From: Tubiluchus corallicola
Lineage: Eukaryota; Animalia; Priapulida
DNA: 64,000 bases
Direction of reading: 5' to 3'
Assembly (NCBI GenBank): GCA_030141605.1
Contig: JAQGDQ010000409.1
Coordinates: 143,376 to 207,375 of the forward strand
In this document: positions 1 through 11,640 of the stretch, piece after piece
Layout: each line of letters begins with the position of its first letter
Numbering within the stretch: position 1 is the first letter of the stretch
The notes under the pieces: model-generated
What the model was told of the DNA's origin: nothing
The model's input: the letters and a program-made list of their open reading frames with translations, nothing else
Database searches by the model: none
Made by a program: the position numbers and the translations under genes

Positions 1-409
1 ATCCGATAAACACAGTGAAATGCAACAAGCATTGATTTATCCAACATTGGCTCTACGTTTAACATAGTATGAACAGCCGCGTAACCTGGTTGCTTTTAAT
101 CGTATTGATAACTGAAACACTATCTGCTTGATTAGATTAGATTAGATTTTATAATAGTGAGTTATTTTAATTCGATACATATAGTACCATGTTATATCTT
201 TTACAATACACATAAAACTTATTGATAAACAGATTAAAATTACTCACTAAATATCTAAAATACATATTAAAATTACCTTGACTAAAAATTTTACAACTTG
301 AAATCATCGCATAATATCTTTTGCTAGTTATTAAAAAAAACATTGACTATAATAACACATCAGACTTTATGCAACCAGTAATTATAATGCCATTTTTACT
401 CAAAACTAG

Positions 410-700
410 GAAATGCATTGTACAAAAACAGGTGCTATATATTTCAGTTCAGTCGTGTTAGTTTGTGACATACCTCACACGTTCGACAGCAGTAAATTTG
501 AAATTTGAATTTTTATCTTAAACCTTGCCTAGTTTTAGTACAATACACTGAATATCTTACGGTAGTACCGTACTTCAATTCTCGCTTTCTCAAACACGTG
601 CAGCACGCTCGTGGTATATTTTTGCTGTTGAAAACTATGTTAGTTTGTGATGTCATCAACAGTTGTGCTCGCCCACCGTTAATTAAGTTTTTAATCTATT
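410..700 (+). mobile_element. Kolobok-like MITE family A, internal fragment
   Basis: Aligns by eye to 20355-20753 and 55977-56542 and to the reverse complement of 2052-2649 (shared gttagtttgtgac...aaatttgaatttttatctt...caaacacgtgcaacacgctcgtgg). Confidence 0.75.
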
Positions 701-799
701 CTTGTCTTCCTTTAAATATTTCTTATTGTCTTCCTACAACATGTCTTTCTTATTAATACTTCAAAGTGTGGAACCTTATTATGCCCATATATATAAGAT

Positions 800-1270
800 G
801 CTTTGTTATCTAAATCGGTAGCTATCATAAACCGAAAAAACACCTGTAGAACAACGAATATGTGAAAATTGTTGTTTGAACAAAGTAGAGGATGAATTGC
901 ATGTAATTACTGAATGCCAACTCTACGCTCATGTAAGAGAGGAATGTTTTGGTATTCTTTTTGATTTCTGTCCTAACTTTCATTATACGTCTCCCAATGA
1001 GATGTTCGTGTTTTTAAATGCATCACAATAATAATGCTGAATTGGTCCACAAAATATTTGAAGATAGGCCCGGCTGAGATAATTCAGTGCAATTCTGATT
1101 GACTGACTAACTGTAATACACATGTAATATAAGTTTATAATATATATATGTATGTTGCTCTGTTACCATTATACCACTTATATGTGGTTTCTTTGGTCAG
1201 ATGTATAATGTTTTTAAGTCGTTTTTCTTTGTCTTTTGTAATTTCTTTCCTTCATGGTTCAATAAATAAA
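800..1270 (+). mobile_element. Non-LTR retrotransposon 3' fragment (C-terminal CCHC zinc motif)
   Basis: Translates TPVEQRICENCCLNKVEDELHVITECQLYAHVR, the R-x-C-xx-C...EDE-x-H-xxxx-C-xx-Y motif of LINE ORF2 C-termini; frameshifted upstream; ends in aataaataaaaaaa. Confidence 0.7.
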
Positions 1271-1739
1271 AAAATGTCGAATTCGTAATATTTAAAAAAA
1301 ATTACTAAGAACAACTAGATACGTATGGACTTGTCCTTTAAATTTCTTATTTGAAATGACTCAACCTGTTACATGCTTACTACTCTGAGGTTGTTAAAAC
1401 AAAATTGACATTTATTATCACGTTACCCAAACAGGTGTATGTTCATCTGTTTCTGTTTACAGGTGATTTTCCTGGCTTTTCCCACAGCATTACTGAAATT
1501 TGGATTTTTTTTACAAATGAAAGCATTTGCACTTTGGCTACTGTCTATCTAAGGCATGTAATTCCAGACCACCCACCTGTATGTTTGATTATATAGTGCT
1601 TGAGTCAGTTTTGTTAAGAAAATTTAGGCTTAGTTAGAACCTTGCACCTGTACCACCAGGGCTGCGCTAGAACTGCTGACTTAAGTTCAAGCAACCTTAA
1701 AAAACACGTAAGTACAAAAAATAGGTTTAACTGAAAAGC

Positions 1740-2050
1740 TGTTATATTATAAGTATAAGTATTTATTATATTATATTCGCATTCATATTATTAAAGTTAT
1801 AAGTATTTATATTCTATATGAACATTATTTCATTTGCTTTTAATCTTATCTTTCTTTTTTGTTTCTGCTTATTTTCTTTATGCTTTAAGTCACAGTGTTT
1901 GTACGATTTTTGTTTATGTCTACAAATGTTTATATTTGTGTCATTACATGTATCTATTTATCTTAACTTTAAATTTAAAACCACGAATCAGAACCTTGTT
2001 GTAAACGAGCTTTGTTCAATCAAGTTTTCCTGAATAAATATCTTATCTTA
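1740..2050 (+). mobile_element. L2/Crack-like LINE 3' tail remnant
   Basis: T-rich 3'UTR, gaaccttgttgtaaacgagc...gttttcc end motif, aataaa and a short (tctta)n tail. Confidence 0.4.
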
Positions 2051-2051
2051 A

Positions 2052-2649
2052 AGGAAGACTGGATGATTTTTCATATACTACCCCATTTTCAAATTCGATC
2101 ACAATATACATTTAGCTCAATTAATACTACAAAGGCGTTTTGGTACATAAATAATATATTAAAAACTTAATTAACGGCGAGCGAGCCAAGTTATTGACGA
2201 CATCACAAACCAACATAATTTTCAATATCAAAGCACGCGTTTCTGAAAGAGAAAATTGAAGTACAGTGCTACTGTAAGATATTCATAGTGTTGTAATAAA
2301 ACTAGGCAAGTTTTAAGATAAAAATTCAAATTTCAAATTTACCGCTGTGCTCACGCATAAGCCGTCGAACGTGTGTAATTCGTCACAAACTAACACATCT
2401 GAACTGAGAGGTGCAGTACCTGTTTTTTTGTGCAATGCATTTCCGAAATGCAGGCGCTAGTGCCGGTCTAACTAGCAAATGGTGAATTGCATGTAAATGT
2501 GAAGAACTAGTGGGGCGAGCGCAAAATGTGTTTGTGTGGCAATAATTCTTTCACGTAAGTCATTTTTGAAAAAAACAGAATGTTCCCTTTCAATATTTTA
2601 AAGAATAGATCGTTTTGACGTGCAGTTTAAAATTGGGTCCGATTTTGCT
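2052..2649 (-). mobile_element. Kolobok-like MITE family A, full length
   Basis: TTAA at both sides (2048-2051, 2650-2653); termini AGG...GCT; at least seven homologous segments in the window. TTAA target plus RR...YY ends are established Kolobok hallmarks. Confidence 0.75.
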
Positions 2650-3594
2650 TTAAACTTCTGCCAGAATATTCCGTCTGTCAAGATTCGCTGTATTTTTTGC
2701 ACAAATTACTTTGCATTCTGGGCACAACGGTTACAACGCTTATGACGCGATACATGTTGCGTGCTTTGCTATTTGCTGAAGGAATTTGTGTAACAAAATT
2801 GTTAGGAAACGGTAAAGACCGTTTCCGTTCGTGCAAAACACGTCGTTGTTCAGATACGAAACGAAATCCGAAATTCAGCAGTTTCACTTACTCAGCAGTT
2901 TCAACTGCAATCAATTTCTGATAACCGAACTTAAGAAGAATAAAATAATCATTTCATAATAAAAGTGTTAACGTAATTCTTTCTCTGTTTTGTCAAACGA
3001 TGGCGCTACATGTTTTATGCAGCGTACCTCAGCAAAGTGTTTGCAACGTTTGTTTCGCCATCTGTTGTCTATGCGTTATAACTAATTAGATTTTATCAGA
3101 ACTTTTATGACTGAGCGGTCATGTTGCTTTGCGTTCCTTAGTTAGGCATTGCCGAACCTATTCGGTAAGTAGGCGGTCTCTGCTTTTACACCTGGTCCAT
3201 ATATGGAGCTGCCTGAACATTGGGTAACTCGTCTGAAAATCAGAATGCATAATCGCGTTTGGAGTGAAAATAACAATTTTCCTGTGAAATTTCAGTCAGC
3301 GTGCATGCGATAGAGAAATAACATAACAGTGTTGCACAATGGACGTCTACGTAACACAGTACCGCTTACACATGTTAATCGTAAGAAAACATCACACGAC
3401 CGAATTTTCTGCAGATTCTTGTATTTTTACCCCCAACTGGTTTCCGGGCTTTTGATGATGAGGCAACATTCGTCTTCTTGTCGGCAATTGTCACAGACAT
3501 GGACGAGCTTTTTTCAATGTTTGTCTGATAAAATAGACGCCAGTGATTGAATGGGAGAAAACTATTGATTTTCATTATAAAAAAACTGCGTATT

Positions 3595-3626
3595 CTCTCC
3601 TGTTTCTCTCTCTCTTCCCCTCTCTC

Positions 3627-3660
<34 letters not shown>

Positions 3661-3661
3661 G

Positions 3662-3712
<51 letters not shown>

Positions 3713-3810
3713 CTTTAATTTCTCTGTCTCTCCTCTCTTCTGTTTCTCTCATTTCCCTGTCCCCCTCATTTCCATCTCCCTCAATCCCCCTTTCTCTCCC
3801 TCTCTCTCGT
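3595..3810. repeat. (CT)n microsatellite / pyrimidine tract
   Basis: Direct reading. Confidence 0.95.
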
Positions 3811-4338
3811 CCTCCGCCTTTTAATTCTTCTCTATCAAAGTTCTCAGTCTGTTTGTACGCTAAATCGCTCACTCCATTCTCACTTTCATTTAGCGTTCCT
3901 CATAACCTGTCTCTGATTTGCGCTTATCTCACATCCTTGACCTCTATTATTCAGATTAGGCAGCTGTTCCATAATGGTAATAAAGACGGGCTTATAAACC
4001 CGTCAGGAAACAATTGCGGCTTATATAAGCCTGAGTAATGTTTAGTGTTAGCTTAGCCAATGGGCTTGCTATTGTATTTATTATGTCTGTGTAGTTAATG
4101 CCACAATGGAGAATGAAGTGTCAAGGTTTCCCGTCTTTGTTTTCACTAATTGAGAGAAAGCACAAGCTGTTCTATTATCATGGAGACCGTTTCCGGAAGG
4201 GTTTCGTATTTTCGGTAAAAGGAGTTCATCTTATTCTTTTGACGTTGAAAAAAGTTTTGCTTTGGAAGAATCGAACTTTCTACTCGGGCGGGGGGGGGGG
4301 GTGACTGAGGCAAAAAAGGCTGAACCAAGCCTATTTAA

Positions 4339-5116
4339 AGCACAAGAAAACTTAAAAAAATCATCTTGAAATGTTATAATACTTGCATATTGCCTTTTTG
4401 TATGCAAGACTTGCGTCGGCAATAACGCTGTATAAAACATGTAAAATTAAACTCCCGCGATGACCGTTAAACACAGCCATTATGACGACAGGTCATTTGA
4501 AATAAGTTTAGATAATGCTGAGTAAAGTATGAAAAAACAATCAGAGCATTCGTAGCGCACACGTCACTAACTGAGTAAAATTTTAAATTACTATATCTTT
4601 ACTCTTGAAAATATTGAAAGGAATATACTATTTTTTCAAAAATGACTCACGTGAAATAATTATTACGACATGAAAATAATTTCGTGTTCACGTGGTAGTT
4701 AAATGCAGTTCGCCATTTGTTAGTCAGATGGGCACTAGTGCCTGCATCTTAGGAACGCGTTGCACAAAAAACAGGCGCTGCATACCTCGCAGTTCAGAGA
4801 TGTTTGGTTGTGATGTAAGCAATGCAGTAAACTTGAAATTTGAATTTGAAACTTAAAGTATGTGTATGACACTGAATATCTTACAGTGGCACTCCACTTC
4901 AGTTTTTACTTTCGCAAACACTTGCAACACGATTATGGTTTTTTGTGCTGTTGAAAATTATGTTCATTTGTGATGTCGTCAGTAATTGGCCTCGTCCGCC
5001 ATTAATTAATTATCAGAAATATTTTGGCATTATAATAGGTGTCAAAATGTATATCATTATTGTATTTCAAAATGGGGTATGGCATGAAATGATATGAAAA
5101 CTCATCCCGTTCCCTT
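4339..5116. mobile_element. Chimeric Kolobok-like element (family B end + family A body)
   Basis: TTAA at 4335-4338 and 5117-5120; 4339-4598 matches the reverse complement of the family B 3' part; 4600-5116 matches family A. Confidence 0.7.
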
Positions 5117-5692
5117 TTAACTTTACATATCATCCCGAAAAGTATGTTGTTTGCTATAACTGTGAAACTCTGCTTAAGATTTTTTCTAGTTTTCTCTTCA
5201 ATTCTTGTTCTCCTTTCCGTCAAAGTTCACCTCAGTGCCTCTAGTGTCAGAGTTGCACATCAGTTAGTAATTCAGACCTGTACATGACATATTCAACGTT
5301 GCTAGGGCAGCTGAGGACGCGTAGATGTGCTAATCACGAATGATGTAAGACATTTCGCTTGAGTTACGTAACGATTAATTAATATGGAAGCCAAGCAGAA
5401 GGTCAATGGCCAGCAGGTTGTGTCATGTTGCGTTTTCGGTCATTGGCTACTTAATGAAGCCCAGGTATTGATTAGAATCGATGTGATTGTCCTCACTTGA
5501 ACTTCACGAGGGTGGCTTCATTTCGCGTGCAATTGTCCATATCCTCCCAAGCCCGGAAGTAATTGCCACCTCTGGGCGGGGTGACAGTATTACAGTTGTA
5601 AGGCTTCAGTGGCTTTTGACATATTCTATTTTTGATCAGCATCCTCTTGTCAGTGTGATTTAACTAGGCTTTGTTGGTAAAAAATTTGCTAA

Positions 5693-6089
5693 TAAGCCTT
5701 TTCACAGTTCCAGCGATTGATGATGATCGTGAGAAGGTAAAAGGTTAAGTGGGCCAGAGAACGCATTTGTGTACACTTGACAACGCAGCCCATGCTATTG
5801 TAATAGTAACAGTTTTAACAGCTCGCTAGAACCTTACCCAGTTCATTTGTTCTTGTTCCTAAGCAAGATCCTGCTAGTAAATCACCGTACGCATAGACTA
5901 CGCACAGATAATGCATAACTAAATTAAGTGAACGTAAAACAACTGAAGTTACTGAACTGATGCGACAGACGGCTTTGCTTTACCCACGCGTTGCGTGACA
6001 GTTGTAGTTAAGACGTGTTGCTGTGGTACACTTAATCTTTGACCAACAGCAACAGCGTTTGCGCAGAACGAAAACTGTGATATGGCTTA
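5693..6089 (+). mobile_element. TIR MITE family E (superfamily unassigned)
   Basis: Termini TAAGCCTTTTCACAGTT...AACTGTGATATGGCTTA; homologous to 26155-26404 and the reverse complement of 50774-51160. Confidence 0.7.
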
Positions 6090-6300
6090 TTGGCCCCAAC
6101 TTTGGAACCACCAAAATTCTTTATTTTGTGAGTTATAACATCTGTCGCAGCTTAAGGATCGAGTCGGTGAATTTAACTTTAGGAAGTTTCAGCAGCTTTT
6201 GTTTTACTCTTGACTGTTGCCAATATGTATGAACCCTAATTTTGTTTTTCATTCTGTCTGTCTTACTTCTGGAAATGGCAGTGCTGCTCGTTTAATCACC

Positions 6301-6633
6301 AAATTTACCATTAATCTGGGCAGCACCAACACAAGATTTTCTTCCTGGTGCTGTCCAGAGGCATACCAGTAGTCTCGCGGCTTAAAATTCTTAGTAGTCT
6401 TTTTTAATGTTTTAATTGTAAGCTTCTGACTGTGATGGAGTAAAATCCCAAACAGATATAGTTTGTAAATTAATACATTTGTGAGTAAGTGAGTGAAAAG
6501 AGATAGATAGAGAGAGAGAGATCATTTAATGCATTTCTGCTTTTGTTGTCAAATTTCAATTTTACCATTAATCTGTGCAGCACCAACACAAAATCTTCTT
6601 CCTGGTGCTGTACAGAGGCATACCAGTAGTCTC
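6301..6633 (+). repeat. Two copies of an ~75-bp unit containing a 14-bp stem-loop
   Basis: 6301-6376 and 6559-6633 are near identical; hairpins at 6315-6359 and 6572-6616. Confidence 0.85.
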
Positions 6634-7719
6634 AATATATATTATAATTATATATTCATGTTTTCTGTTTAAAAATGTGTGTTAATTTAATGCTTTCTGT
6701 GTAAATTATCATTGTAAACCTGCATGCTCATGGTAAACCTAGCTGTAACTGTGACCGAGGTCGATTTACCATTGATCATTTATGATTTAGTTTCCCCATT
6801 ATTTAAAACTGGGATAGTCATTTGTGAAGTCGCACTGAGTGTCCGGAAAAAGTTGCCAAATTTTTCTGTTGGTAGGGCATTATCACGCCACAACCGCTTT
6901 TATCTTTTATGAAAGGAAATGGCGGACGATCAGTGAATGATTCACAGTATCAGTAACATTTTAAGTGTAATTCGGTGGTTATTTTGCTGCTAATTATTCG
7001 AACTGCTGTGAATAAGTTTCGTAAAAGCAGTGGAAATCGGACTAATGGTTCAGAAGAGAATAAATGATTAATTTACATCATTATTAATTTTATCGAAGTA
7101 TAGATTTTCATTAATTAACGAGTTGAATTCGGGCTGGTTGCATTTCATTCGTTCCTACTATTCGCACATTCGCTTGTTCCTTCTCACCATCTGTCGTCGT
7201 TTTAAGCCCCCCCCCTCTTAGTTTGTGATAGCTGGCTCCTTCGTTTCGCTATGGATATGACGCCCTTGGCTATTGACCTTATTCCCAACGATAACTCGAC
7301 CCAGAAAATTATGCAAGTTTTTCCAATAATACGTAAAAAAGTGGAACATCTTGAAAAACCTGTTTGGTAATGGCGCATGTCACAGGTAATAACTAGAGAA
7401 CAATTACTGACCCAGCTAATGTATGGTTTTCTAGGGTTGCGGGCAAATGTGAAGCGTGCTTTAAATAATAAGGGAAAATTCCCAGAGAAAATCTCGGGAA
7501 AGCGTTCTGTTTGACAGTAGTTTTTACTGATGAATAATGAGGCAGTGTTTTGAACACATGTTTTTGATGAAAATAATGAAAAGATTATACGAAGGAAAAA
7601 AAGGAGAAACTTGCATATCTTTGTTTTGTGATGGCAGCCGGCCAGAACTTTTGAAACCAAACATACGCTGTAATGAGGGAAAAGCGGAAAAATCTTGGCG
7701 GATCCTGGATTTGAACCAG

Positions 7720-8215
7720 AAATCTTTGGATTAGATGATCAGTACTTTGCATTTGCATTGTAGAGAGTTATAAGTGATTACTGTGTGTTTTCATGTGAAA
7801 ATACATATCTAGAATTAGCACATCATCCAACAGTTACCGTTTTCGGTTCAAAAGCTTTATTCACAATGAATGTTGAGAATAAAGATTCCCCGCATTGACC
7901 TTATAATTATAACCACAAATCTTTGGGTTAGATGATCAATACTTTTGGCTTACATTGTAGAGTTATAAGTGATTAGGGTGTGTTTTCATGTGAAAATACA
8001 TGTTTAGAATTAACACAACTTCCAACAGTTACAGCTTCCGGTTCAAAACGTATACTCACTATAGAGGCCGAGAATAAAGATTCCCCGTATTGACGATACG
8101 GTGTGTTTTCATGCGAAAATACATGTCTAGAATTAACACAACATCCAACAGTTGCAGTTTTCGGTTCAAAACCTAAGGCCGAGAATAAAGATTCCCCGTA
8201 TTGTCCTTATAATTA
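7720..8215. repeat. Tandem repeat, ~196-bp unit, about 2.5 copies
   Basis: aaatctttgg(a/g)ttagatgatc at ~7720 and ~7916; gtgttttcatg(t/c)gaaaatacat and gagaataaagattcccc each occur three times. Confidence 0.85.
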
Positions 8216-8865
8216 TCTGCCGCTTTTTGCGCTAACAGAGTTGACATCTTGCGTATAAACAAATTTCGTGCAGAGCCGTAATCCGCAATTAATTAATCCA
8301 CGCGCCTGTTGAATTCTGTATTACTCGCACCATTCGTAATCCCAGCAATCGTGTCGTAATCCGCGTAATCGTCAAAATCCGTCACACCGACACTGAGGTT
8401 AATTATCGATGATTTCTTTTCATCCATTAGGGGCGCTGCGATCTACGCGGGGTTCCAAACAACAAACATTTTCTAAGCCTTCATGACAGAATCTCGACGC
8501 TCTGAATTATCTATTGCGATTATTATTTATTTATCCGCGTAAGATTTTTTCACTTAATGGTTCCGTTTTATCCCAGATATCCTACTTACCCCACTTATCC
8601 CCAGCTCACCTGGTTGTCTTGATCTACAAGTTGTTGTGTCAGGACAGATTGCTGAAGGGATATTACCCGATTATTACCTGACTGACGCATGTTTGCTGAT
8701 TGAGTTTTGATTAGGTGTGGATTTTGTAATCAAGGATTTGTCACTTGCAGTCAGATTCGACCTCAATCATACAGGTATCTTCTAATGACGCCATCTTGGT
8801 TAACAAAAAGATTTATGCGAAAGTGTTATAAGTTGTATTATCTAATTTTCATTAGTTTCAATCTG

Positions 8866-9320
8866 GTAAGGGAGTTCAGTCAACAAGACGGTTTTCCTTG
8901 GTTCATTGAATCTGACACAATGTAGCATGTTCACACTGAAGTGGATTTCTTGGAGTTTTAGTCAAATTTCTCAGTTGTCTGATAAGGGAGTTCAGTCAAC
9001 AAGACGGTTTTCCTTAGTTCATTGAATCTTGCATAATGTAGCATGTTCACACTGAAATGGATTTTTTGGAGCTTTAGTCAAATTTCTCAGTTGTCTGATA
9101 AGGGTGTTCAGTCAATAAGACGTTTTTCCTTAGTTCATTGAATCTTACATAATGTAGCATGTTCACACTGAAATGGATTTCTTGGAGTTTTAGTCAAATT
9201 TCTCAGTTGTCTGATAAGGGAGTTTAGTCAATAAGACGGTTTTCCTTAGTTCATTGAATCTTACATAATGTAGCATGTTCACACTGAAATGGATTTCTTG
9301 GAGTTTTAGGCAAATTTCTC
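8866..9320. repeat. Tandem repeat, 116-bp unit, about 4 copies
   Basis: aaggg(a/t)gtt(c/t)agtcaa recurs at 8868, 8984, 9100 and 9216. Confidence 0.95.
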
Positions 9321-10457
9321 ATTTGTTTTTGACATGATGCCATGACATGCTTTTGATATATATATTGTAACCAGTAATATTGTGCCAGGTATACCAGTAA
9401 TATACGTAATCACTAATATAATTACGATATTCAATATCGTAACGTTGTATATCAGCCACACATTTCGCAGTGGTAGAAACAAAGCATGTTCACATTGAAC
9501 AGGTTTACTGCACATAGTTACCCCTACCTGGTAATCACTGAGGTGATTAAGTAGGTTAATACGGTTGCCAAGACATGGACAAACCGTCTAGTTGAAAGAG
9601 TTGCGTTGTTAGTCCAAAAATCGTTTTAAATTTAGAAGTGATGTTAGGTTTCTTACTTGAACTCTCTGCACACGCACGAACTTTCTACAGAGTTTGCTCA
9701 TGTTACGTACGCTTGATGACTAGACACTATTGCTAACACCTTATTCACATTGAAGCAGTTTACGGAGTATGTTGTTTTGTTAACTCACTCACCTTTGCTG
9801 TTATATTTCTCGATCCGATCTTACCTAATTCATTCATAGTACACCGAGATTTAAAGTGAGACGGTTTACTCAGCTTAGTTATTCAACTTTGTCTCTAATA
9901 GTCTATTCAATTGAGATAAATTCTCTTCGTAGAGGACGGCTTAGTATGGAGCACTTTGGTTTATGTAATCTTTCCATTCTTTTACCTGTGATTAATTACA
10001 GGTAACTGATAAGTTAGTGTTACCTGACTTGCACTCTGTGCACGTGGTCGTAAATATCAACGAATGCTTTAACAGTGCACGATTTCATCGTAATTTACTA
10101 CCCAGAGTAGTAATGAAATTCGCTTGCACATTAATACCAGTGAAGTAACGTAGGAGTCCTTAATACGTTAAGAGCGTTTTTGGCTTTGGGGCTAAATACT
10201 GGCATTACCTGTTAAGCTTTGCTAACAATCTGTCACTTAGTTCTGTCTTTAGCAATAACTCAGGGATATTACTAACGTATAGTAAGCTTGTTATGATGTG
10301 ATATTTACATAATGCTATTGAGAGCTGGAGGATAATGGCATTGATAGTGCAAAGAGCAAAGACAAAGACGTAAATCTTCTGTAACAACTTCACAAAGGAT
10401 TCTATTCTCCTTCTAATAACACTCCAGTAAGAAAGAAGCCAGTTACCTTTTGTGTTT

Positions 10458-11475
10458 AGTTAAAACAACGCAACTTTATTAAAACTTTTACATTAAAATG
10501 TTAGAATCATGCCAAACGTTTCGACTAGCTGCTGCTGTCATCATCAGTGGTAAATTTACAAACATACAACCAGTTTATATAGGCAGAGCTTGTTATGCAC
10601 TAACTAAGTAATTAACAGAGAATTATTAAATGAAATTATTAAAATCAGCTTTGCGGTCTGAGGCGTAAATATGGTCGTTAATGAGGGATTGAGGAGAATT
10701 TTTAATTTTTTGCCAGTTCTAGACGAAATACCTAAATCTTCACAAACCGTCCAGATCGAGGAGAATTTTTTAATTTGTTGCCAGTCGAAATACCCAAATG
10801 TTCACATATTCTTGCTTTAAAGTGTTTGACTGTTTTGTGAGGAGTTGGGTATTTCGTCTAGAACTGGTAAAAAATTAAAAAATTCTCCTCAATCCAGCAT
10901 TAATGACCATATTTGTGCCTCTGGCCGCAAAGCTGATTTTAATAATTTCAGCATTGTGAGCAGAGCTACAAATAACTGGGACTTATTAATAAAAAAAGTT
11001 TATCTATGCACCCTAATAACCTTTTTCTTGATGTGCACAGTAGTTCAATTCCTTTAACTTTTTTTTCAAACACCTAGCTATTTGTTACTGTAACAATTTC
11101 TTTTCTACAGAGGGTTGTTTACCTGTTTGTTACCAGAAAGTTACCTGTTTGGCTTTTGTAGATACATAATTAGTGCATAAGTTACTGTATCAATTTCTTT
11201 TCTACTGGTCTGTTTAATCATTATTTATTTGGCTTTTGCTAATACATAATTAGTGTTTGATTTACTATATCAATTTCTTTATTGGTCTGTTTATTCATTA
11301 CCTATTTGGCTTCTGTTAACTACTTAATTAGTGCATAATAGGCTCTGCCTGTATGAACTGGTTGTTTGTTTGTAAATTTGCCACTGGTGATGACAGCAGC
11401 TGTCTATCAAAGCGTTTGGCTTGATTTTAACTTTTTAATGTAAAAGTTTTAATAGAGTTGTGTTGTTTTTAATTA
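10458..11475. mobile_element. Penelope-like element remnant in inverted (tail-out) arrangement
   Basis: Minus strand translates KTVKHFKARICEHLGIST; plus strand GISSRTGKKLKNSPQSSINDHI...DFNNFSIVSRATNNWDLLIK, matching the PLE GIY-YIG C-terminus; both ends are inverted copies of the same 3' end with hammerhead motifs. Confidence 0.8.
10511..10551 (-). ncRNA. Minimal type I hammerhead ribozyme motif (PLE type)
   Basis: Minus strand reads ACCA-CUGAUGA-U-GACAGC agca GCUaGUC-GAAA-CG-UU-UGGC: intact core, stem II, palindromic ACGU at stem III, short stem I. Confidence 0.75.
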
Positions 11476-11640
11476 TAAGTTCTTTGAAAATAAGATAGTG
11501 CTCTTCTGAGATTTGCCATGGTCGTAATCATAAAAAAAGTTAAAATGCCTCTCGATTCCTTTCAAAGATCTTGAAAGATGTAGCTAGGATCTTGAAAGAG
11601 CTTGAAATTCTTTCAAGATCTTAACTGTATCTAATCGATG

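Noticed and set aside
505-756. Recurring ORF MNFY.K.CLVLVQ (also 20463 and 56245) as a gene family
   Set aside because: Starts at TTG, lengths differ, lies inside Kolobok-like MITE family A, and is broken in other copies.
3375-4038. ER/SL-rich ORFs here and at 13591-14172, 18883-19626 and 37204
   Set aside because: Translations of (GA/CT)n microsatellites.
8866-9320. CRISPR-like array
   Set aside because: Contiguous 116-bp units without unique spacers; eukaryotic context; no cas genes.
11380-11420. Active hammerhead in the right arm of the first Penelope palindrome
   Set aside because: Core is mutated (CUGGUGA; GAAA replaced), so it is likely inactive.
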